This document shows positions 37,678 through 48,180 of a stretch of DNA of 64,000 nt, one piece after another. The notes below the pieces were generated by a model that had not been told where the DNA came from, did no database searches, and saw only the letters and a list, made by a program, of their open reading frames with translations. The DNA comes from Thermoproteota archaeon (GTDB lineage: Archaea > Thermoproteota > Methanomethylicia > Methanomethylicales > Methanomethylicaceae). The stretch spans positions 43,884 through 107,883 of the forward strand of contig VGLU01000002.1 of the NCBI GenBank assembly GCA_016882195.1, read 5' to 3'. Made by a program: the position numbers and the translations under genes. Position 1 is the first letter of the stretch. Every line of letters begins with the position of its first letter.

Positions 37678-39984
37678 CTACTGAAAAGCGGCTGCGACGG
37701 CAACTTGGCCCGTGGATGTGCCGCCGTCCCCACATGGGATGGTTCTATAGAACAAGAATTGTTTGTTATTTCTTTCGACTGTCTCTTTAATATACTTGAA
37801 TAATAGTGTATTAACCGCGGAACCGCCGGTTAGACCAATGGTTGGAACCCCGTTTTCATCGCTTATCCTGCAAGCCAGCTCGCCCAATGTGATGCCCAAA
37901 ACGCGGTGGGCCTCAAATGTGATGTTTTCTTTTTTATTTTGGATGTTCTCAAGCAGTGACAACATAAAATCTGAAGTATTGATGATATATTTCCCATTTT
38001 GTTTTGAAAATGGAAGGCGGAGGGCGATTTTTCCGGGCTTACCACGCCTTGCCACACCTTCAAGCCGCATGGGAGGCTCTCCCTCATACGTCCTCAGGGC
38101 ACAAACGTTCATCAAAGCGGCGATCGCGTCAAGGAGACGGCCCATGCTTGAGGTCTTTAAGGCATCGTTAGTCCTTGATTGTTTCAATATCACATCTAAT
38201 TCGTCCATTCCGTGTCGTAAATAATGGGAATAATTCTTCTCAAAAAGTGCTAAGATTTCAGAATCGCTCATAACTGTTGATAAAATTGCAGCAAGAAACC
38301 TCGCAGGATAATATGCGCAGAGGTCTCCCCCTGGCATCGGTTGGTACCGGAGATGCCCGACTCTATCAAAATTGGAGTACCCACCAAGGAGGATCTCCCC
38401 TCCCCATGCCATGCCGTCCGTTCCGTAGCCCACGCCGTCTATCGCAATGCAGACTATAGAGGCGTCTCGGGGCATTGAGTTGTCCGCCATAAGGGACGCA
38501 AGGTGAGCGTGATGGTGCTGAACCGGGATCGTTTGGGTTTTATAGAGATCCGCAAGTTCCTTTGCATACCTCGTCGTCAGGAAAGAGGGGTTGAGATCAT
38601 GAGCGATGTATGAAAAGTCGGACATATTATAAATTTTAGTTATAAACTTCAGAGCACTTTTCAGATAATCCAATGTTTCCAGTTCGCTGATATCCCCTAT
38701 ATGCTGCGTTGTAATGATGCGGTCCTGCAGGAAGACCGAGCCAGTTACATTAAACTCGCCGCCCACCGATATCAAACCGTTCTTGCCAATGTTCCAAGGC
38801 ATTGCGAGATAGGAGGGAGAATAGCCCCTAGACTTCCTCAGAAACATCGGCACCCCCTCTACGACCTTGATAACCGAGTCGTCACAGCGATTAATGATAG
38901 TTCTGTTATGCATCAGGTAGAAATCTGCAATGTTTCTAAGTTCCTTTAGGGCCTGCTTGTTATCCGTTGATATCGGCTTGCCAGGATAATTGCCACTCGT
39001 CATGACTAAGGCATCTTTTGCAAAGTTGTCAAGGAGGAGGAGATGAATGCCTGTGTAGGGAAGCATTACGCCGATTGAGTCCAAACCAGGAGAGATGGAG
39101 TCCGCGAGTGAGCATGGTGATGACTTCTGAAGAGTTAGGATGGGGCGTTGCACGCTCTTCAATAGGTCCTCTTCCTGGCGTGAAACTATTCCAAAGTTCC
39201 TTATCTTCTGAATAGAGCGAGACATCACAGCGAACGGCTGGGCTGGGCGCCTTCTCCTCTTCCTGAGCTCCATCACTGCAGATTCATTGCTGGCGTCCAC
39301 AGCCACGTGAAAGCCACCGATCCCCTTCACGGAGACTATATAACCTTCAGACAGGAGCTTCGCAGCCTCACTAAGTGGTTCACCTGTGAGTGGTTCGCCG
39401 GTTTTGTCGACCAGCGTATGTCTGGGACCGCATATCGGGCACGTGATACCCTGAGCATCATAGCGCCGGTCCATCGGATTGTCGTACTCAGTTTGGCAAT
39501 GAGAGCAGAAAGGGAAGTCCACCATGGAGATATTCTCTCTGTCGTATGGAAGCTTGCGAATCATTGTGAACCGCGGTCCACACTGTGCACACGATGTGAA
39601 GGAGTAACTATGCCAGCGGCTCTTGCGGTAGATATCTGTGATACATAGGTCACAGATGCCGAGATCGGCAGGTATCACAGATCTTACAGTCAAACGCCTC
39701 TCGTCGCTTTCCGCTATCGTGAACTTGTCAAATTCCCCGGTCGGCGCTTCCCACGTTATATCGAGAGCATCAACCCTGGCAACTGATGGTTTCTTCTCAC
39801 GGATCTCGGCGATGAACTTCTTTAACTTCGCCTCGTCGCCTTCCACCAAGATCTCAACGCCAGCATCGCCCAAGTTCAAAACGTAGCCTTTCAGACCATT
39901 AGCGATTGCTATCGTGTAAATGAAAGGTCGGAAGCCTACACCCTGCACAAGGCCGCGTGCAAAGACGTGAGCGCGCTTCATCAT
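37678..39984 (-). CDS. hypF: [NiFe]-hydrogenase maturation carbamoyltransferase HypF.
   Basis: 768 aa. Acylphosphatase domain (VQGVGFRPFIY), two CxxC zinc-finger pairs, YrdC-like and Kae1-like domains. Confidence 0.85.
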   Translation of the reverse strand: MMKRAHVFARGLVQGVGFRPFIYTIAIANGLKGYVLNLGDAGVEILVEGDEAKLKKFIAEIREKKPSVARVDALDITWEAPTGEFDKFTIAESDERRLTVRSVIPADLGICDLCITDIYRKSRWHSYSFTSCAQCGPRFTMIRKLPYDRENISMVDFPFCSHCQTEYDNPMDRRYDAQGITCPICGPRHTLVDKTGEPLTGEPLSEAAKLLSEGYIVSVKGIGGFHVAVDASNESAVMELRKRRRRPAQPFAVMSRSIQKIRNFGIVSRQEEDLLKSVQRPILTLQKSSPCSLADSISPGLDSIGVMLPYTGIHLLLLDNFAKDALVMTSGNYPGKPISTDNKQALKELRNIADFYLMHNRTIINRCDDSVIKVVEGVPMFLRKSRGYSPSYLAMPWNIGKNGLISVGGEFNVTGSVFLQDRIITTQHIGDISELETLDYLKSALKFITKIYNMSDFSYIAHDLNPSFLTTRYAKELADLYKTQTIPVQHHHAHLASLMADNSMPRDASIVCIAIDGVGYGTDGMAWGGEILLGGYSNFDRVGHLRYQPMPGGDLCAYYPARFLAAILSTVMSDSEILALFEKNYSHYLRHGMDELDVILKQSRTNDALKTSSMGRLLDAIAALMNVCALRTYEGEPPMRLEGVARRGKPGKIALRLPFSKQNGKYIINTSDFMLSLLENIQNKKENITFEAHRVLGITLGELACRISDENGVPTIGLTGGSAVNTLLFKYIKETVERNNKQFLFYRTIPCGDGGTSTGQVAVAAAFQ

Positions 39985-40048
39985 TTCCAGCAGTCACCAA
40001 AGTTAAATATTATTCGAAATAATATAGATCAACCGAGGCTCAATATAA

Positions 40049-40615
40049 ATGGTTGGATTACCACCAACTCCTCAAGAATTAAGGATCTTGCGGAAGAGGG
40101 CACACCTCACACAGAAGGAGTTGGCAACCAAGGCTGGCATAAGTCAGGCATTGGTGGCAAGGATAGAGTCTGGAGACGTTGATCCTCGCGTGTCGACTCT
40201 GAGGAAAATTTTGAAAGTCCTGAATGAAGTCACCGAGACCAAGTTCACGATGAGGAACATTATGCATCAGCCGGTCATCACGGTAGATGTTAATGAAACC
40301 ATAGGTAAGGCAGTCGAAGTGATGTGGAAGAACGGAATCTCACAACTTCCGGTTATGAAGGGAGACAATGTGGCCGGCAGCGTAAGGGAAGAGACTATAC
40401 TTAAAAAACTCAAAGATGAAAACTTTAAAGAGTTATTGAACATGCCAATATTATATTTATTGGAAGACCCCTTCCCCGCTGTGAGCATTGAGACGGACCT
40501 TGATGAAGTATCAAAGTTACTATCAATGGGAAGCCCTGCCATCTTAGTGAATGAACATGGGCGCATGGTCGGAATTATCACGAAAATCGACCTTATAGCC
40601 AAGCAAATGATGTGA
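40049..40615 (+). CDS. Transcriptional regulator with N-terminal XRE-type HTH and C-terminal CBS pair.
   Basis: 188 aa. HTH (LTQKELATKAGISQALVARIESG) followed by two CBS domains. Confidence 0.7.
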   Translation: MVGLPPTPQELRILRKRAHLTQKELATKAGISQALVARIESGDVDPRVSTLRKILKVLNEVTETKFTMRNIMHQPVITVDVNETIGKAVEVMWKNGISQLPVMKGDNVAGSVREETILKKLKDENFKELLNMPILYLLEDPFPAVSIETDLDEVSKLLSMGSPAILVNEHGRMVGIITKIDLIAKQMM

Positions 40616-40746
40616 CTGTGAGTTAGTTGTAATTAATAATCACACCCTGTGAGAGAATATTGTTATCCTAAATAAAGGTTAGTGATTTATAGTCACTCAC
40701 AACCAAAAACCTTAAAACATAAAACATCATAATTAATATTAAAATA

Positions 40747-41382
40747 ATGGAAAAGGTGCCAAAGTTGAGTCTTCAGGATAGGAGCGACCGGGTCGTTGAA
40801 GAGCTCAAGGTCGAATTGGCACTGGTAAGGCGCGACTTGGTGGAAAGATTAAGGCGTATTGAAGAATACATTACATTTTTAGAGTCGGATGTAAGCCGGC
40901 TGAGGCTGGATCTCCAGAGAGTTCATGATAAACTGCAAGAAATCTCTGTTGAAAGAACAACAGGATATGTTACCAAACCATTAATTACTCCAGAGGTAAT
41001 AAGAACTCCTGCTGTAACCACGGAGGTAAAGCCGTCTAGGATAGAGGCAGAGGCGCCAGGGCCGCAGATACCAATATCACAACCAATACAACCGCAAGCT
41101 GCAAAGTCCTTGGAGAGGAAGGAGGGACTTAATCAAACAGAAGTGGCCATCATCAAGTACCTCATCGACAACCCTGGCACGAAGAGCGCCACACCAGTTG
41201 CACAGAGCGTCGGGAAAGCTAGGGAGCACGTTGCTAGGACCCTTAAGAAGCTTGCTGATGAGAAAAAAATCATCAGAGACGAGACAACATGGCCTTACAT
41301 GTACGTTGTTCCTGAAAACATCAAGAAAATTGTGCTAAGTCAGACGACTGGTGCAACTCAAACACTAGGAGCTCCATCGTAG
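40747..41382 (+). CDS. Hypothetical protein: N-terminal coiled coil, Pro/Thr-rich linker and C-terminal winged helix.
   Basis: 211 aa. Lies inside an AT-rich island. C-terminal TEVAIIKYLIDNPGTKSATPVAQSVGKAREHVARTLKKLADEKKI resembles a MarR/wHTH. Confidence 0.45.
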   Translation: MEKVPKLSLQDRSDRVVEELKVELALVRRDLVERLRRIEEYITFLESDVSRLRLDLQRVHDKLQEISVERTTGYVTKPLITPEVIRTPAVTTEVKPSRIEAEAPGPQIPISQPIQPQAAKSLERKEGLNQTEVAIIKYLIDNPGTKSATPVAQSVGKAREHVARTLKKLADEKKIIRDETTWPYMYVVPENIKKIVLSQTTGATQTLGAPS

Positions 41383-41428
41383 ATAGAGTATTGTGACTGG
41401 AACCCTGTGACAGATTGAAAAAGTCACA

Positions 41429-41854
41429 TTATTTCTTACTAAGATCCTTGATGATGTTTTCCACGTTTTTTGCAGAGATCGTTGTTACAACGCGATATTG
41501 CCAACATGACCTGTTACCATTACGCTCAAGATAGCCATTATTATAGAGTCTTGTGAGGTATGTGGATACTGTACTGGGTTTTATTGATTCGTGATATTGT
41601 TCCATATACATCAATGAAAGGTCTTTGCTCGTGAACCATGATTTACTTAGTTGGGACTTTATCAAATCAAGGATCTTGGCCATAGCCGTCTTTGTGACGT
41701 GGCTAGCTGCCGGCGGATTATGATCATCATTGGTGTTGAAGAGGTTGATGATCTGATAGAGACGTTCCTTGGAGACCGACCCACTCATGGCTACTGTGAC
41801 CTGCTCTCCATTCCCATCACAGAACTCTATTTTCAGTTTTTTCATACAGATCAC
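41429..41854 (-). CDS. Hypothetical winged-helix protein.
   Basis: 141 aa. C-terminal STVSTYLTRLYNNGYLER is a wHTH recognition pattern. AT-rich island. Confidence 0.45.
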   Translation of the reverse strand: MICMKKLKIEFCDGNGEQVTVAMSGSVSKERLYQIINLFNTNDDHNPPAASHVTKTAMAKILDLIKSQLSKSWFTSKDLSLMYMEQYHESIKPSTVSTYLTRLYNNGYLERNGNRSCWQYRVVTTISAKNVENIIKDLSKK

Positions 41855-42452
41855 TGAGTGAGTGGTTTGAATTCTCTACGGTTTCACCAGTATATGAGCG
41901 TATTGTAGTCCCCATAACGTTGTTAGAAAAGTTAAATTTGATGGTAATTATGGTTAAAAAAGGAAGATTTGCACTTCTTTCATTTTTCTGGCTTATTTGT
42001 AACGGTTTCACAGCAAATCACATGGCAAATCAAGTGATTCACAGCGTTGGAGTGGAAGTGAAGGGGTGAATTATGAAAACCTTAAAAACAATATGCACCA
42101 TGATATAGTCACAGTGACGCTATGACGGCCCTTATAGGACCTTTGATGTTAATTTATGATGATTCATTACTGAATGAACTAAGATAAAGTCACTATTACG
42201 AACGCAAAGGAAAAGTAGCTAGATTTTTTTGGATAAAAAACTCTAACATTGATGATGTCAATGGATCATCAAAAACGATGGTGCACCATGAAAAATACCG
42301 TTGATGATAGTAAAGTTTATATATCAGAGTTCATGGTGATTTTGTGAGCCTTAAATAGAGTATTGTTTAATGAACTATTTTGACAGTGTTTGATGGTGAG
42401 TTGTAACAGGGTAGTTACATAAAGTAAGCTCTAAAGCAGGCTTCCCTGTTCC

Positions 42453-42470
42453 CAGAAACACGTGTTTCTG
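42453..42470. promoter_or_regulatory. Perfect 18-bp palindrome CAGAAACACGTGTTTCTG in a noncoding AT-rich stretch. Candidate operator for a dimeric regulator.
   Basis: Seen directly. Flanked by direct repeats TTGTAACA(N6)TTACATA at about 42397 and about 42478. Confidence 0.3.
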
Positions 42471-42997
42471 CCGGATTAATTGTAACATACTTATTACATA
42501 GAATTGAAGGGTGGGGCCCTCTAAAAAGCTCTCTGGCACGATGGATCTCGATTACCGGATACCTATGGCCGGTATAAATAATGAGGGATGTTGTTGTTTA
42601 GGTGAGATCCATATAATTAGGACAATTTTAGATCAATTATTAAATTATTATGAAAATTTCCAGTGGAGGTTAATTTTACATAATTATATAAAAAAATTAT
42701 AAAAAGATTTAAATAAAGACACGCCTGCACCCTAGAAGGCCATGATAGCTCTCAGACCCCATCTTTTCGCTAGGAAGTGTATATTATTTAATATTATTTA
42801 TTTCCTATAAAATAAATAGTGTAGTTGTCTAGTAGGATCAATTTCTATAAATAGGTTGCAGTCTAAAATGCTTGAGAACTAACTCTTAAATAACTAATGT
42901 CATGGGCTCCGGCTTGGAGAAACAACAATACCAGGTCCAAAAGAAGCCTTGGGGTCACCTTCTTATAATAGATCCTCCATAGGTCTTCTGATCTTCC

Positions 42998-43297
42998 ATG
43001 TCCAAAGAGAGCTTTGAAGTGGTTCAGTTAATCGCGCAGTACATACCCAACGAACAAAGGATCTCCCTTCTGAAGACCTTACTCGAGGTATACGGGTCCA
43101 TCTATAAAACTTCCAAGGTAACAAGGATCTCGCGACCAGCTCTGTACCGGTACCTGGCATCCGACAAGAAGAGCTACCCGAACGACGAGATTACCGCCAG
43201 GTTGCTCATGGCCCTGCTAGAGATTAAGAGGAGCTGGATTAAAGATCAGCTAAGGCAACTCGCAAAGGATTTTAATGAATTAATAAATAAACTTTAA
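42998..43297 (+). CDS. Hypothetical small HTH protein.
   Basis: 99 aa. ISRPALYRYLASDKK is HTH-like. AT-rich island. Confidence 0.4.
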   Translation: MSKESFEVVQLIAQYIPNEQRISLLKTLLEVYGSIYKTSKVTRISRPALYRYLASDKKSYPNDEITARLLMALLEIKRSWIKDQLRQLAKDFNELINKL

Positions 43298-43407
43298 TAC
43301 ATTCAACCTTCCACTCTTCTAAAATTAAAATTATCACATCTGGGCGCACTAAAACTCAGGTTTATAGACCCCGTGAACCTTCTTATCAGTGGACCCGGTG
43401 TAGAAGC

Positions 43408-44505
43408 ATGAGGGTAGGCGTAATCTTCCACAGGCCGGAGGTAATAGATTCGGACTGGGCGAGGAAAATCCTACAAATATTGGGCGGTTTTGGTACGGTC
43501 GATGCCAGGCTTAGTGGAACCATGGGCACTTTGGCCGTATTGGACAGCTCCATGGATGACAAGATCAAATGCGACTTCAGACCGACCAGCCAGTGTTTGG
43601 CTGAGATGGTAAGGGAATGTGATTCCATAGTTATGGCAATGTATTCTGATAACCCCTTAAAGTCCCACGCGTTCTGCTGGCACTTGGTCAAGAAATTAAA
43701 CTGCCCCAACATCCCAATAGTCGAGGTCGAAGCCAAGAACGGGGTGGTGATCGATTGGTGTGCCAAAAGCGATCTGAGCGCCAAACTAGTAAAAAAATTG
43801 GGATTTAAGTCAACCCCGCCCCCTGATTATGGGAAGACCGAATGGATCAAAGACGGCATTAAATATAGGAAGGTATTGGCCGCTGAGCCAGGGGACTTCG
43901 TCCTTGTCAACGGAACGGTTGTAGGGCGAGCCACTTCAGAGGAGGTGATACTCAGAGAGTCCGACGGAAAGATTGTGGGCGGGGATAGTGTCGAGTTTAA
44001 GGAACAAGGGCTTATCAAACTGATCAGAAGGGGGAAGATAGATCTCTTCAAGGTCAAGTTGGACACCACGACCTCCCTGAGGAGGACCGAATTTAAGCGT
44101 CGGTATCATGTTCCCACACCAAAGGGAGACCTCATTGCGTTCATAGAGCATGATGTGGCAAGCCGCTCGGGTGCGACCGTCTACGGGGGGATAAGAAGAG
44201 GGATAACCGGCGCAGTAACCATAGGGGATGATACGACTGCTATCGCTGGGGAGATCTTGTCGAGGTACAGGATCCCGATAATAGGGATAGTAGATGGTGA
44301 CAAGGACGGACTTTTAAAGGACACCGCACTCGCAGAGGGCTCTATTATCCTGACGGTTAAAATGGACGACCAACTAGGCGAAGTGATCCGCGATAAACTA
44401 TTCAAAGGAAAGAGGTTGGTCAACTTCAAATTCAAAGAGGCAAAGGAAAGGGCGGTGGATCTGGCGGTAGAATCGAATCAGCTCATAAGAAGGGAGGATA
44501 GCTAG
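43408..44505 (+). CDS. Conserved archaeal hypothetical protein, function unknown.
   Basis: 365-aa ORF with good coding character. No family recognised with confidence. Confidence 0.45.
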   Translation: MRVGVIFHRPEVIDSDWARKILQILGGFGTVDARLSGTMGTLAVLDSSMDDKIKCDFRPTSQCLAEMVRECDSIVMAMYSDNPLKSHAFCWHLVKKLNCPNIPIVEVEAKNGVVIDWCAKSDLSAKLVKKLGFKSTPPPDYGKTEWIKDGIKYRKVLAAEPGDFVLVNGTVVGRATSEEVILRESDGKIVGGDSVEFKEQGLIKLIRRGKIDLFKVKLDTTTSLRRTEFKRRYHVPTPKGDLIAFIEHDVASRSGATVYGGIRRGITGAVTIGDDTTAIAGEILSRYRIPIIGIVDGDKDGLLKDTALAEGSIILTVKMDDQLGEVIRDKLFKGKRLVNFKFKEAKERAVDLAVESNQLIRREDS

Positions 44506-44617
44506 AGCTGCTTTTAGATACTGAATAATAATCTTTTTACTTTATAAAAATGAGGTACTCCTCTCATCATCCTAAGTTCTATTAAGATTTGATTTTACAG
44601 TTCAAAAGATCAAACTC

Positions 44618-45805
44618 TCATTGTTCGCTCTTTAGGGCGTTCTTTTCCTCCGGCATCTTGGTTGTGCGGAAGAAGAACCAGAATAATGTTATGGAAATGA
44701 CGTAAAGTATAGTTGCTAGGTAGAACGGCATAGCTAGCAACCCTATTCCCATAAGCCATGCACCTATGGTGGTGCTCAAAGAGTTCGGCAGCCTCCACAA
44801 CGCAGAGCTTATGCCTGAGGCAGCGCCCCGCTCATCCGCGGCGACCAGCCCCATGATCATAGACTGCTGAAGCGGACCGGCCATATTCATTAAGAAAGTC
44901 CTTATGGTATAGAGCGCGCTCGCCAACAGGTACCCGGGGCATAGGGGCGTGGTAAACATGAAGACCGTCGAGACCGCCTGGGTCACGACGATGGCCTTCA
45001 CCATCCCCAGCCTCCTTGCTAGTGCTGGAGCAGCCAGAGTCGCGATCCCGATCAGGATGCTGGACATCCCCAGGATGGGTCCGCTTATCGCGTCCGACAC
45101 GCCGTACGCTAGATGTAGCCACCTCGTCATAAGGGGTACAAACATACCCGCGCCGAAGGCAACGATGGCGCCAGCGAGCGCGTATTTCATCAGGACGTTC
45201 ATGGACTTCCTCGGCAGGAGATTCTTCACGCCTCTCTCCTTGCGCAGAGTCTTCGACTCGCTGACTTTGAGCATCAGTAGGGTCGATGCCAGACTCAGGG
45301 CTGCGAGTACGAGGTAAAGGATGATGTGGGACTCCCTATTGCTGTAGCCAAAACCTTCAAAGACAACAACCAGCGGAATGGCGAAGCCGCCAATCCCAAA
45401 CGCAATGCCGCCCATGAAACCTGACAGCGAGAAGACGGCCGTTCTCCTCCCATCGCCAGCCTTCTCAGCCATGAGGGCGCTGGATGATGCAGAATAAGCA
45501 GCCTCAGAGACCCCCTCGAGGACCGCACCAAGAAACAGGACGGCCGGTTCTGTGGTCAGGGCAAAGATGGCTATCATCAGGCTCGCTACCACGTTTCCTA
45601 TAATGAGGACCTTCCTCCTCCCGTAGCGATCAGCCGCAATACCGAGGGGGATGCTGGCCACAACTGTGGTTATCCCCATTACCATGATCACACTGCCCAT
45701 GAAAATATCCGACAGCCCCTGAACGGCGGTGAGGAAGTACGCAATATCCGTATAGAACATCCCGAAGGCGAGGGCAGGTAAAATACTAGCGTAGATCAGG
45801 ATCAT
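44618..45805 (-). CDS. Major facilitator superfamily transporter.
   Basis: 395 aa, 12 TM segments, MFS motif (GIAADRYGRRKV). Confidence 0.8.
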   Translation of the reverse strand: MILIYASILPALAFGMFYTDIAYFLTAVQGLSDIFMGSVIMVMGITTVVASIPLGIAADRYGRRKVLIIGNVVASLMIAIFALTTEPAVLFLGAVLEGVSEAAYSASSSALMAEKAGDGRRTAVFSLSGFMGGIAFGIGGFAIPLVVVFEGFGYSNRESHIILYLVLAALSLASTLLMLKVSESKTLRKERGVKNLLPRKSMNVLMKYALAGAIVAFGAGMFVPLMTRWLHLAYGVSDAISGPILGMSSILIGIATLAAPALARRLGMVKAIVVTQAVSTVFMFTTPLCPGYLLASALYTIRTFLMNMAGPLQQSMIMGLVAADERGAASGISSALWRLPNSLSTTIGAWLMGIGLLAMPFYLATILYVISITLFWFFFRTTKMPEEKNALKSEQ

Positions 45806-45954
45806 TGCCTCGCGCGGTATCCTTCTGTAATCCCCGAACGTAGTGCTCAGCCCTGGCTACTATAATATGATCAATTTCAAGACTACAACTTCCATTTATA
45901 CTGAACTGTGGCGGAACAGCCTTCTCGATGGAGACCGTCCTCTCAAAATGATAG

Positions 45955-46048
45955 TGGTAGCGGGGGGTGGATTTGAACCACCGATCTCGGGGTTTCCCAG
46001 CACGGGGCATATGAGCCCCGCGGGATAACCTGGCTACCCCACCCCGCT
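45955..46048 (-). tRNA. Initiator tRNA-Met (anticodon CAT) with a roughly 16-nt canonical intron. CCA is encoded.
   Basis: AGCGGGG-TG-GGGTAGCCAGGTTATCCC-G-CGGGG-CTCATA[TGCCCCGTGCTGGGAA]A-CCCCG-AGATC-GGTGGTTCAAATCCACC-CCCCGCT-A-CCA. A1:U72 and three G:C pairs in the anticodon stem are archaeal initiator features. Confidence 0.75.
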
Positions 46049-46244
46049 TTTTAGTAGGTCAAAAGACTTGTTATTTTGATGGAAGGTTGAGGAACTTATA
46101 AACTTTTACGGGTCACTTGAAGAGCAGAATCCATCTGTTAAAATGGGGAGAACAATAAACCCGTTTAAATCCTAAACGTCCTAATAATAATTAAGGGAGG
46201 CGGCGAGGCTGATCATCCTACTCTCCGGCGATGGTAAGTACTCC

Positions 46245-46475
46245 GTGGAAGGGGAAGACTTGGATAGGGTACTGGAGACTGGAAGGAGGCTCTTCTCCCT
46301 GTTGAAGGAGGACAAGGACGAGGAGTTCTCGCGTACCCTCAGGGAGATACACAGGTTTGTGAGGGGCAAGGGGATGCCGGTCGAGGTCTACCGGAGTGCG
46401 GATATCATCATCCCGCCCGCGGAATGCGACCCCAAGGTCATGAAGTCGGTGCTCGGCATCCAGAAGAGTCCGTGA
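46245..46475 (+). CDS. Small hypothetical protein. The frame is open from about 46209 with no canonical start upstream of GTG 46245.
   Basis: The in-frame upstream extension LIILLSGDGKYSV looks protein-like. GGGAGG lies at 46193-46198. Confidence 0.3.
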   Translation: MEGEDLDRVLETGRRLFSLLKEDKDEEFSRTLREIHRFVRGKGMPVEVYRSADIIIPPAECDPKVMKSVLGIQKSP

Positions 46476-46555
46476 AAAATGCCCACACTGCCACTTCAAG
46501 ACACCTTCTCCTGTCCGTACTTTGAACATGTTATCGCACTAAGAAAAAAGAGTTT

Positions 46556-46753
46556 TTATGGCTGTTTCTTTCTCCACACTGCCACGATCTTGTCGACCGC
46601 TATGTGGGTGTAGATGCCCTTCTTCGTCTCGAGAGTTAGGACACCATCGGCGCAGGCCACGACCTTGCCAGTGAACTTGTCAGTCCAGCCGCAGTAGATG
46701 TCGACTTCCTGGTTTATCAGGTGCTCGGAGATGAATTTGTCCATAATACTCAC
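46556..46753 (-). CDS. Small hypothetical protein (65 aa).
   Basis: ORF with a beta-rich composition. No family recognised. Confidence 0.3.
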   Translation of the reverse strand: MSIMDKFISEHLINQEVDIYCGWTDKFTGKVVACADGVLTLETKKGIYTHIAVDKIVAVWRKKQP

Positions 46754-46803
46754 ACTGTTAGTAATATCATCGTCGCCTCAAATAAACTGGATGGCGCCGA
46801 ATC

Positions 46804-48114
46804 TCAAAAGAGTCCGTGAAAGACGCCAACCTTGCCTTCCCAGGACGCCTTCTCCTGACCGAACCTCTGGAACGGCTTCGTGAGGTGCCTCATCGCCCTC
46901 GGCGGGGGGAGGTAAACCCCTGTTTTTATCCTCCTGTCGATCTCCTCCAGCACCGGTTCCTTTGCTTTTAGACCGCACCTCTTACACTGGTAGCCCTTAC
47001 CCCTCCCCTCGGACTTCATGCTCTTCCCGCACTTGGGGCAGACGGGGTTCCTGTAGGCTTCGGAAACAAGCGATAGAACCTCAAGCCTCTCCAAGTTGAA
47101 GGTGAACCTACCGTCGTTAAGAACACGGACGCCGCCGAACGCCTTTACACGGTCGCCTGGCATGAGATCTCTGACGGTGTATCTGAAGCCCCCCGAGGGC
47201 TCGTAGCCGGCAACATCGATCTCGCCCGTACCGTCCCTTATCGAGGCGATCACGTGCCCGCCCTTCAGAACCCTGGGCGCTTTGGTGATAACGCCCTTTA
47301 AAACAGCCGCCTGGTAGGGCTTCAGGTCCCTTATCAATAAGGTACGGACGAGGTGGGCGGCCGTGCCCTGGTTGCTCCTGTAAATTACCCAACGCTCGGC
47401 GCCCCTGAACTTGATCTTCTTTAGAGCCTCCATCACGACTGCGGGGTACTCGCCCCTCACGCCGAAGAGGATGGGATCGGGACCGTGCGGGGTTACCAGA
47501 AGGCGGTTCTTCTCGTAGTCAATGTTGTTGAAGGTGAGCGGGGTCGTCTCCTTGTCGAACTTCAGGACGCTATTATAGTCCACGTCACGCCTGCGCCCCC
47601 ACAGCGCCTTTCTGCGGTATATGACGAGCTCGAAGGTGTGATCCTGTTCTAAAGTGCTACCTACCGCGGCGATGGCACCCACCAGACCCAACCCGCCCCT
47701 AATGATCCGGTACTTGACGCCTGCCTTTTGGGCGGTATGAAACGCATCGTCCAGCGTGAGCACGTTGTAGAGCGCCCGGCGCCCGAACTCCTTGATGTGT
47801 GAAGGGACCTCCCCCTCGAGCAGCGCGATCCCCGGCTGGTTCTTCGGATCCTTTCGGTCCCGGTACTGCTCCGCCAGCTCGAACGCCGTGCCCAAAATAT
47901 CATCGGGAGAGCGGTCTGACATGAACCTGAGGCAGATGGCCGCATTTCCGCGAGACTTCCACGGGATGTTGGGGTTGAGCCTGATGAGGTTGGGGTAGTC
48001 CACGAACCTGCTGCCGTCCTTTGCAAGGTCTGAGATCATCAAAGCCCCGATGTAGGTCGTGCAACCCAGCTTGAGCGAGTCCGTGTCGTCCATCCCGAGG
48101 TGATAGAGAGGCAT
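46804..48114 (-). CDS. tiaS: tRNA(Ile2) 2-agmatinylcytidine synthetase TiaS.
   Basis: 436 aa. N-terminal LGMDDTDS...CTTY...LIRLNPNIPWKSRGNAA matches the TiaS kinase-like domain. C-terminal zinc ribbon (CPKCG...CKRCG). Confidence 0.8.
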   Translation of the reverse strand: MPLYHLGMDDTDSLKLGCTTYIGALMISDLAKDGSRFVDYPNLIRLNPNIPWKSRGNAAICLRFMSDRSPDDILGTAFELAEQYRDRKDPKNQPGIALLEGEVPSHIKEFGRRALYNVLTLDDAFHTAQKAGVKYRIIRGGLGLVGAIAAVGSTLEQDHTFELVIYRRKALWGRRRDVDYNSVLKFDKETTPLTFNNIDYEKNRLLVTPHGPDPILFGVRGEYPAVVMEALKKIKFRGAERWVIYRSNQGTAAHLVRTLLIRDLKPYQAAVLKGVITKAPRVLKGGHVIASIRDGTGEIDVAGYEPSGGFRYTVRDLMPGDRVKAFGGVRVLNDGRFTFNLERLEVLSLVSEAYRNPVCPKCGKSMKSEGRGKGYQCKRCGLKAKEPVLEEIDRRIKTGVYLPPPRAMRHLTKPFQRFGQEKASWEGKVGVFHGLF

Positions 48115-48180
48115 AAACCATAACCTTAACTATGACCACAACTTTTGCTTCTGCCTTTACTTCTCTTAATCTTCTGCCAC

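Noticed and set aside
41860-42980. Replication origin (oriC) in the AT-rich ORF-free stretch
   Set aside because: Only a single ORB-like element was seen and no orc1/cdc6 gene is adjacent. The evidence is insufficient, so it is kept only as a note within the island finding.
47117-48139. Overlapping antisense and alternative-frame ORFs (47117..47392, 47661..48026, 47900..48139, 47792..47998)
   Set aside because: They lie within the well-supported tiaS coding region. They are high-GC frame artefacts with Arg/Gly/Ser-rich composition.
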